This document shows, one piece after another, positions 17,425 through 24,957 of a stretch of 31,291 bases of DNA. The DNA is from Promethearchaeota archaeon (lineage in GTDB: Archaea > Asgardarchaeota > Lokiarchaeia > Sigyniarchaeales > SOKP01). Numbering within the stretch: the stretch's first letter is position 1; every line of letters starts with the position of its first letter. The notes beneath the pieces are model-generated. The model was not told the DNA's origin. It saw nothing but the letters and a program-made list of their open reading frames with translations, and made no database searches. The DNA is taken from NCBI GenBank assembly GCA_016839745.1, contig JAEOTS010000149.1:1-31291 (forward strand). Direction: 5' to 3'. Position numbers and translations under genes: made by a program.

Positions 17425-18426
17425 TTATACTCGGGGTAAAGTATTCCAAATGTCAAGATTTCTCTTTACCCACTCAATTTCTTTCCCTACACCAAATTTA
17501 AAATCGGTTTTTGGAATGTAATTTAAAAGATTTCTCATAAATGAACTGTCTAAAATAAAATCTTTTAGTTCCCCCGGTAATCTTTTTCTGTTTGGTTGAA
17601 ACTTACTTGATTCTCCTGGTATTGGATCGTCGTAAATTGGTTTAATATCTGGATTTATAAGCTCAATAACGATATCTGCTACTTGTTTTACAGAATATGA
17701 ATTGTTTCCTCCTAAATTAAACACTTTCCCTTCTGCTTTTTCATTCTTTATAGATAATATATTCCCTTCAACAACATCGTCTATATATACATAATCTCTT
17801 CTTTGATTTCCATCTCCAAAGATAATTGGAGCATTTCCCTCTAAAACTCTTTTTATAAATAAGGTTAATACTCTTCCGTACCACTCTCGTGGGCCATAAA
17901 CGATACCATATCGTAGAGATACCGTTGGAAGACCATGTAATAAATAATATTGTAAACAATATTTTTCTCCCGATAATTTACTTACCCCATAAGGCCAATG
18001 AGGCATGAGAGGATGATTTTCATCTTCGGGGAGATAATTTGCCTGCCCATATACCCCCCCTGATGAGGCATATATTAATTTTTTTACCTTATTTTTAATA
18101 GCGGCATTTAATACATTTAAAGTGCCCTCAATATTAGTTCTTAAATCATGAATGGAATTATCAATTCCAGTAAAAACTTCTAACTCCGCAGCGTGATGAG
18201 ATACAATATCCACATTCTTCATCGTTTTTTCTAGTTTTTTATAATCTAGAATGTCCCCTTCGATAATATCCACTCCGTCTTTCGCAACATATTCCTTTTT
18301 ACCTGTTGAAAAATTATCATATACAATAACTTTTTTAGCATTTTCTTCTATAAGCCGATCTACGATATGTGATCCTATAAAACCTGCTCCACCAGTTATA
18401 AGTATTATATTACCTTCTATTTCCAT
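17425..18426 (-). CDS. NAD-dependent nucleotide-sugar epimerase/dehydratase (extended SDR)
   Basis: TGGAGFIGSH, YASSGGVYG, YGVSK, GDGNQRRDYVY. Confidence 0.95.
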   Translation of the reverse strand: MEIEGNIILITGGAGFIGSHIVDRLIEENAKKVIVYDNFSTGKKEYVAKDGVDIIEGDILDYKKLEKTMKNVDIVSHHAAELEVFTGIDNSIHDLRTNIEGTLNVLNAAIKNKVKKLIYASSGGVYGQANYLPEDENHPLMPHWPYGVSKLSGEKYCLQYYLLHGLPTVSLRYGIVYGPREWYGRVLTLFIKRVLEGNAPIIFGDGNQRRDYVYIDDVVEGNILSIKNEKAEGKVFNLGGNNSYSVKQVADIVIELINPDIKPIYDDPIPGESSKFQPNRKRLPGELKDFILDSSFMRNLLNYIPKTDFKFGVGKEIEWVKRNLDIWNTLPRV

Positions 18427-18584
18427 TATAATTTTAACATCATTAATTAGATTAAGATTATACTTTTAACTTGTAAATAAAAACCTTTAAATTCTTCCAT
18501 TTACCTTTTCAAATAATGTTAAAATTTCATAAGTAGTTTTCAACTGAAGTTATTTTAACTTATAGTAAAAAAAACATTTCTATT

Positions 18585-19952
18585 ATGATATCTATAACTG
18601 GATTGATTTGGGGAATTACCGAAGTCATATATCTAACTATAATTTGTGTCGTAGGATTTGTTATAACGCTTCTCATCATTCCTTATATTATTAGATTAAT
18701 GAAAAAGAAAGGATATATTGGATATGATATTCACAAAAATGCTAGACCTGAAGTTGCAGAATCTGGAGGATTAAGTATTGTAATCGGAATAACAATAACT
18801 TCAATTTTACTGATGGTATTTTTTCCAGTACTATTGAAAGAAATTTTTGTCTATTTTTTAACAGTAGTAATATCTGGGTCAATTGGATTTATTGATGATC
18901 GTGTAAAACTAAGATCTTTATATAAAATAATCCTGACCATTTTTACAGGAAGTGCCCTCTTTTTAGCAAATTATTTTGGTTTTATAACTATTCTTTCCCC
19001 TACAATTCCTTTTTTAGGAGTCACTAGACTAACGATGATTTATCCGCTTGTAATTCCTTTAATCGTTGCCGTTTTTGCAAACGCCTCCAATATGCTGGAG
19101 GGGTATAATGGAGAGGGCTCAGGAACTTCACTGATCGCCCTAGGCTTTCTTTTAATATGTGCATTAATAGGGAATTCAGCAGAAGCACTGCTAATTAGCA
19201 CAACTGCAATGGCAGTATTAATTCCTTTCTTTTTATACAATAAATATCCTTCAAAGGTTTTCCCTGGTGATATAGGTACATTGAGTTTAGGAGCTGTTTT
19301 TGCTTGTATTGCTTTACTAGGCTCATTAGAAGTTGCAGTCTTTTGCGTACTTTTAACCCACATCATAAATAGTTTCTATGTTCTACGTTCAGTAAAAGGT
19401 TTTATAGAAAGTAGTGAAATTCAACAAAACCAAAATGATATCATATTGTTAGAGAATGATAGAATAAAAGCGTCCAATAAGAAAGATTCAGCGTTAAGTT
19501 TACCAAGACTAATTTTAGCAAAAGGATCCTTAACAGAACCGGAATTAGTAAAACAATTTTATGTCATATCAATTATATGTGGATTCTTTTCTATTATTGC
19601 TATTACATTTATAGATTGGACTTTGGGAAATTTGAGTATTATATACATTATCCTTCTGATCGTTATTTTTTCAATTCCCGTCATATTTTTACTCTACAAG
19701 TTTCCCAGAGTAAGAGGTATAGTAATGTTAATGATTCTTCTCTTAATAGTTATCAGTCTCATTTTAATCTTTATTGATTTAATTGTAATACAATTTTTTC
19801 CAGGATCATTTATAATATTTCAAATAGAGATTCCTTATAATATTATATTTTCATTTATTTTGATTATCCCAAGCCTAGCGGTTTGGTACTATATAACAAT
19901 CAAATACTTCTGGATTCAAATTAATACTATGAAAAATTCAGATGGAATTTAA
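18585..19952 (+). CDS. Dolichyl-phosphate GlcNAc-1-phosphate transferase (AglH/DPAGT1/Alg7, MraY family) with extra C-terminal TMs
   Basis: GYDIHK..VAESGG, IGFIDD, NASNMLEGYNG, NKYPSKVFPGDIGT. Confidence 0.88.
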   Translation: MISITGLIWGITEVIYLTIICVVGFVITLLIIPYIIRLMKKKGYIGYDIHKNARPEVAESGGLSIVIGITITSILLMVFFPVLLKEIFVYFLTVVISGSIGFIDDRVKLRSLYKIILTIFTGSALFLANYFGFITILSPTIPFLGVTRLTMIYPLVIPLIVAVFANASNMLEGYNGEGSGTSLIALGFLLICALIGNSAEALLISTTAMAVLIPFFLYNKYPSKVFPGDIGTLSLGAVFACIALLGSLEVAVFCVLLTHIINSFYVLRSVKGFIESSEIQQNQNDIILLENDRIKASNKKDSALSLPRLILAKGSLTEPELVKQFYVISIICGFFSIIAITFIDWTLGNLSIIYIILLIVIFSIPVIFLLYKFPRVRGIVMLMILLLIVISLILIFIDLIVIQFFPGSFIIFQIEIPYNIIFSFILIIPSLAVWYYITIKYFWIQINTMKNSDGI

Positions 19953-20071
19953 CTCATTATTATTGACCTATAAGTCAAATATTGTCATAAATTAACATTC
20001 ATTACCCAAAATTAAAATGTTTCTTACACTTTTTATTATTATAATTTCATTAGCTATCGATACTGGTTTAT

Positions 20072-21142
20072 ATGAAAAAAATACTAGTTACAGGAGCAGG
20101 AGGTCCAGCTGGAGTAAATTATTTAAGGTCGTTGGATTCTGTTAATGGTGATATGGAACTATATGGAACAGACATTAATGCATACCATATAGAATTTGCT
20201 AAACCATGGACAAAGAAGATGTTTATTGTTCCAAAAGCAACTTCGGATCAATATATTCTCACACTAAATGAAATAATAAATAAATATCAAATTGATTTGG
20301 TACATCCACAACCTGACATTGAAGTATCAGTTATTTCTGAAAATCGAGAACAACTCAATGCCCTTACTTATTTACCAAAAAAAGAAACAATTAAAATTTG
20401 TCAAGACAAATTTCTAAGCGCTAACATTTGGAAAGATAAAATGTTTCCATCCGTAAAAGCGATCGAAATTCGAAATGCATATTTACAGAATGATATTCAG
20501 AAGGCTTTTGATCTACTTGGAGAGAAAATCTGGATTCGCGCTAAAAAAGGTGCTGGAGGTACAGGAAGTACACTTATTGAAAATATTGAGACAGGTGTAA
20601 ATTGGATAAAATATTGGCTTTCTAGAGGCAAAAAATGGGATTTTATTGCTCAAGAATTTCTACCTGGTAGAAATATTGCATTTCAAAGTATTTTTAAAGA
20701 AGGAGAATTAATAACTTCTCAAGCAAGGGAAAGAATTGAATATATATATCCTTATTTAGCTCCATCTGGTGTTACTGGGACTCCGATTGTTGCAAAAACA
20801 ATTCATAATGATAAAGTTAATGAATTAGCTACTCAAGCTGTTTTAGCCATTGATACAAACGCGACGGGCGTATTTTGTGTTGATATGAAAGGAGATAAAT
20901 CGGGAATGATCTGTCCAACTGAAATAAATGCTGGAAGGTTCTTTACAACAAGCTATTTTTTCTCTTTTGCAGCACAAAAATTTAATATACCTTTAGCTAA
21001 TATGCCATACATATTAATTAAGCTTGCTTTTAGTGAAAAAGTTCCAGATGGTCCAAAGTATAATATATTACCAAAAAATCTTTACTGGATACGACATATA
21101 GATTGTTCTGAACAATTGATTAAAGAAGAAGACCTAAATTGA
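20072..21142 (+). CDS. ATP-grasp fold protein (carboxylate-amine ligase type)
   Basis: ILVTGAGGPAG, ICQDKF, GAGGTGS, QEFLPG, CVDMK, TEINAGRF. Confidence 0.88.
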   Translation: MKKILVTGAGGPAGVNYLRSLDSVNGDMELYGTDINAYHIEFAKPWTKKMFIVPKATSDQYILTLNEIINKYQIDLVHPQPDIEVSVISENREQLNALTYLPKKETIKICQDKFLSANIWKDKMFPSVKAIEIRNAYLQNDIQKAFDLLGEKIWIRAKKGAGGTGSTLIENIETGVNWIKYWLSRGKKWDFIAQEFLPGRNIAFQSIFKEGELITSQARERIEYIYPYLAPSGVTGTPIVAKTIHNDKVNELATQAVLAIDTNATGVFCVDMKGDKSGMICPTEINAGRFFTTSYFFSFAAQKFNIPLANMPYILIKLAFSEKVPDGPKYNILPKNLYWIRHIDCSEQLIKEEDLN

Positions 21143-21166
21143 TTAATTTCTCTAAACTTTTTTATT

Positions 21167-21478
21167 CTAAAATACTATTTTCTCTCTTGATGTATTACTT
21201 TGACAAGGTTTAGAATTACAGCGAACACATTTGTCAGGATATTTATTAAATAATATTGACTCCCTATCGATCTCTAATAGATTAGCATTTGAGTTGATCC
21301 TAGTACTAATATCCACAATTTCTTCATATACTTTGTTCTTATGAATTTCTTGGTTCTTTAAAATTCTTGCTTGTTCTCCATCTTCTTTCAACCAAATAAA
21401 AGTAAGCTTAATGCCTCTCTCCTTATCTTAATGGAAGTAGTTATCTTTTATCAATTATTGAAGCTCTGAGATCTTCAT
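21167..21478 (-). pseudogene. Decayed MazG-like nucleotide pyrophosphohydrolase
   Basis: MKISELQ*LIKDNYFH*DKERGIKLTFIWLKEDGEQARIL...EEIVDI...ANLLEID...KYPDKCVRCNSKPCQ; in-frame TAA at 21457-21455 and 21430-21428; EEVGEL motif eroded. Confidence 0.85.
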
Positions 21479-21523
21479 TTTCTATAGCGTATTTAGAAAT
21501 TATAAAGAAAAAATAATAAAAAA

Positions 21524-21745
21524 TTATACTGCTCCAGGAGTGAAAATCCAATTGAAAATACCTAAATGAGCAAAAATGACAACTAAAATAAGTGCTATGG
21601 AGATTATTACAGCAGTTATTGGCCCTATTTTTATTCCAATCGAACTATCCTCAAAGAATCTCATTAAACCAGCTCCTCCTAAAGGCATTGGAGCGGTTCC
21701 ACTTCTTCTCTTCTTCCGTCTAGATTGAGTTTGTCTAGAAGACAT
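21524..21745 (-). CDS. secG: Preprotein translocase subunit Sec61beta
   Basis: Basic N-terminus, GAGLMRFFED, GIKIGP followed by a single TM. Confidence 0.95.
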   Translation of the reverse strand: MSSRQTQSRRKKRRSGTAPMPLGGAGLMRFFEDSSIGIKIGPITAVIISIALILVVIFAHLGIFNWIFTPGAV

Positions 21746-21898
21746 GATATTAACTAATTATTTTTGAATAAATAATTATATGATATAAAATTATCAAAAA
21801 TATTAAGGTTTATCCCGAATGATAGAAATAAATTTGAAAAATTTTTATTTATTGTTTTAATTATTCTTAGTTAATTTAAGAAAGTGATCAAAATAAGT

Positions 21899-23764
21899 AT
21901 GTTGAAAAAGAAATTAATTTTTTTACCCGTAATCGGAGTATTATTGATTGCAATTTTAACTCCCTTCTTTTTTTCACCGATAAATATTAATGAGTTTAAT
22001 AACCATAATAATAACTATCCAATTGCTTCTACTAATTTAGAAGGAATAGAAAATATTTTAATACATGACACTGAACGTACTGCGAATCTTAATGCTTATG
22101 GATTAGTTACTTTTGAGGACACATTTACTGTATTAAATCAAAACAATAATCCAATTAATTCAATTTTCATAGGTATTCAAATAAAAAATTCAGATAATTT
22201 AGTCTTTTTTGAAGCAATAGGAATTAACAGCAATGCATTACTAGTCGATCGATCCTCTATGATTTTGAATAATTATGAGATGATAACTATATATTTTAAT
22301 TCACCAGTATTACCTCAGCAAGAGAGAACTATAGAAGTTATACATTCATATCAAAACCTATTAACATACAATATAATTGGCTCTGATCAATATATTAATT
22401 TCTCTGGACCAATTTTTCCAATTTTTCCATATAAAGCCGAAGGGAGTGTTAAAGCTACATTCATCCCCCCAAAGATAGAAATGGAAATAATTTTTGATAA
22501 TATTGGAGAAATGGGATTTTTAGGGGGTCTTGGCGTTATATATGACATTTCTGATGATCCTGCGATTAGTTACATAGATCCGTTTTTAGGTAATTTAAAT
22601 GAGGATGAAAAAGAAATAAATATAAATTCAAAAGATGTTGGAATTGCGAATCAATTTACTAAATTGGAAATGGAGGAAATATATAGAGAGATAGTTATTT
22701 CACCTTGGGGAATTATTAAAGTTAAGGAAGAATATTCAATTCAAAATAAGGGGGTTCTTGCTATTGCTAGATTCTCGTTAAAATATCCTGAGGTTGCGAA
22801 AAATCTATATGTGTCTGATGCACTCGGTGAATTAGTAGGTACAACAATCGATACTGTGAGTGATGTGGAGAACTATAACAAATTAACTATCGATTTAGCT
22901 AGAAATCGTGCAGTTTTAGCCCCTAATTCAAAATTCAGGTTCATATTTGAGTACAATTTACCCTTCGAGAAATATTCTTCATTTAATTGGTTGCAAGAAT
23001 CCATTCAAATTGATATTTTTACTTCAATCAATGATTACTTGGGAAAAAACCAAATAATAAAAATTATTATTGAAGGATGTAATAATATTGAACATATAAC
23101 TAACCCCCCCTATGCTATTGAAGAATCCAAGGGTGCTAAAGTACTTTTATATAAATTTACTAATATAAGTCCGTCAGAAAGAAAAATTATACAATTTGTA
23201 TATACGATTGACTTATTTGATCTGCTTTTAAGACCTTTTATTATAATGTTGATTATAGCTAGTATATCATCAATCTATGTTCTATTTATTAAAATCAAAG
23301 GAGATGAAGACGAATTAACTCTCTTTAAAAAAGAATTCATCCCTGTTAATGAAGTTCGGGAATTTTGCTCTTTATATGAAGAAATGAATGCATTGATTTT
23401 GGAAATAAGAAAAACAGAAGATGATGCTAAACATAAAAAAGTTGTAAAAAAGCAATATAAAAATATTAAAAGTAAAAATACTTCGAAAATTGAACAAATA
23501 AAGCAAGAGATAATCCCTTTTAAACAAACCTTAATAAAAACGAATGAAACATTTGAAAATATTGTAAAAAAATTAGATGTTTTGGACGCAGAACGAGTTA
23601 GCGTCAATGATAGCTTAAACCTTTTAGAAAGCCGGTACAAAAGAGGAAAATTACCTTCTAAAGCAGCATATCAAAAACTTTCAAATGACTTTATGAACCG
23701 TAGAAAAAAAATAGATAGAACAATTGATAAATTTATTCAACAATTAAGAAGCTATATATTATAA
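21899..23764 (+). CDS. Ribophorin I (Ost1/RPN1) homolog
   Basis: N-terminal TM or signal; two repeated beta-rich luminal units (ERTANLNAYGLVTFEDTFTVLN; YREIVISPWGIIKVKEEYSIQN..VSDALGEL); TM; C-terminal coiled coil (ORF track starts at GTG 21884). Confidence 0.8.
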   Translation: MLKKKLIFLPVIGVLLIAILTPFFFSPININEFNNHNNNYPIASTNLEGIENILIHDTERTANLNAYGLVTFEDTFTVLNQNNNPINSIFIGIQIKNSDNLVFFEAIGINSNALLVDRSSMILNNYEMITIYFNSPVLPQQERTIEVIHSYQNLLTYNIIGSDQYINFSGPIFPIFPYKAEGSVKATFIPPKIEMEIIFDNIGEMGFLGGLGVIYDISDDPAISYIDPFLGNLNEDEKEININSKDVGIANQFTKLEMEEIYREIVISPWGIIKVKEEYSIQNKGVLAIARFSLKYPEVAKNLYVSDALGELVGTTIDTVSDVENYNKLTIDLARNRAVLAPNSKFRFIFEYNLPFEKYSSFNWLQESIQIDIFTSINDYLGKNQIIKIIIEGCNNIEHITNPPYAIEESKGAKVLLYKFTNISPSERKIIQFVYTIDLFDLLLRPFIIMLIIASISSIYVLFIKIKGDEDELTLFKKEFIPVNEVREFCSLYEEMNALILEIRKTEDDAKHKKVVKKQYKNIKSKNTSKIEQIKQEIIPFKQTLIKTNETFENIVKKLDVLDAERVSVNDSLNLLESRYKRGKLPSKAAYQKLSNDFMNRRKKIDRTIDKFIQQLRSYIL

Positions 23765-23785
23765 CATTTATTTTTTGGAGATTCT

Positions 23786-24409
23786 ATGAAACCTTGGTTA
23801 TTCGATATTTTGGCTTGTCCATTAGATAAGTATTATCCCTTAGAATTATACATATTTTCTTTTGAAACTAAACCAGATGAATTCCAAAAATTTTTAAATT
23901 CATATGAAATTAAGGACATCGATCTCATTAAGAGGGAGAATGTTGTTAAATTTATCAAGGAGGGTGAGAATTTCTTTATAAAAGACGATATTATAATAGA
24001 AAAAACTCCGTTTAAAGAATATTTTAATCTAATTCTTTCAAGAATCGATGAATTAGAGCATATACATGATATTTCGTTAGACGAAATCAGCAAAATTTGT
24101 TTCGAAAAAATCAAAACATCTATTAGATATAATATTAAAACCTTCCTTATATCTTTAAATCCACAGAATTTTGAAAATATCCTGCCAGAATTATTATTTA
24201 TCAATAAAATTAAGATAGAGACAGAGATAGAATCTGGAATTCTCTTCTGTAAAAAATGTGGTCGATGGTTTCCTATAATAGAAACCATACCCCAAATGCT
24301 TCCTGATGAGTATCGAAATGAGGAAAAGGAAATTCAATTTTTAAAAATCAATAAAAATTTATTAGATAAACAATTTTTTAAACAAGATTTAAAACCATTT
24401 AATATTTGA
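23786..24409 (+). CDS. Trm112 family methyltransferase activator with long central insertion
   Basis: MKPWLFDILACP...EIESGILFCKKCGRWFPIIETIPQMLPDEYR; GGAG RBS. Confidence 0.9.
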   Translation: MKPWLFDILACPLDKYYPLELYIFSFETKPDEFQKFLNSYEIKDIDLIKRENVVKFIKEGENFFIKDDIIIEKTPFKEYFNLILSRIDELEHIHDISLDEISKICFEKIKTSIRYNIKTFLISLNPQNFENILPELLFINKIKIETEIESGILFCKKCGRWFPIIETIPQMLPDEYRNEEKEIQFLKINKNLLDKQFFKQDLKPFNI

Positions 24410-24410
24410 A

Positions 24411-24419
24411 TATTTAAAA
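24411..24419 (+). promoter_or_regulatory. TATA box of tRNA-Gln
   Basis: TATTTAAAA starting 26 nt upstream of tRNA position 1. Confidence 0.5.
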
Positions 24420-24436
24420 TTTGTATTCCTAAATAA

Positions 24437-24538
24437 AGCCCGGTGGTGTAGTGGCCAAGCATCTGGGGCCTTGAACCCCGTGACCACGGTTCGAAAATTA
24501 TCGAGAAAATTCGATAATCGATATTCCGTGCCGGGCTA
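24437..24538 (+). tRNA. tRNA-Gln(TTG) with a 29-nt non-canonical intron in the T loop (59/60; 24496-24524)
   Basis: Acceptor AGCCCGG/CCGGGCT (A1-U72), anticodon stem TGGGG/CCCCG, anticodon TTG at 24471-24473, T stem CACGG/CCGTG, bulge-helix-bulge; spliced length 73 nt, CCA not encoded. Confidence 0.92.
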
Positions 24539-24957
24539 TTTTATATTTTAATATATATATAGTCTTCTATTGGGTGTTCCAGCTCTTCCAATTCAGCAAA
24601 TTGGTAAAATAATCTCATTCGATAAGCTTAAGCTAAATTGTCTCATATATGGTTATAATGATACTAATAACTAATATCTAATTAATGAATAGAATGATTG
24701 AACTAATAACAAAATACAAATAACAACATACGAGGGGTAGGGAGTGCCAGGGGCTATTCTGTTGTGAGTAATACTTTTGACATACCAAAATATTTTAGTT
24801 ATTTTTAAAGAAAAAAGAGCTGTTAGATACAAAATAGATTTAAAAAATAGGGTTAAAAACCTGTAACCTAAATTTCTTCCAAAAAGATTAGAGTAAATAA
24901 TTTTAAGGGATTCACATTTTAAAAAATATTCACAAATTAAAAGAATTATGAGTTCAT

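Noticed and set aside
2582-21457. Genome-wide TAA reassignment suggested by in-frame TAAs at 2584, 21430 and 21457
   Set aside because: Most intact genes in the window end in TAA, and the MazG copy also has missense decay
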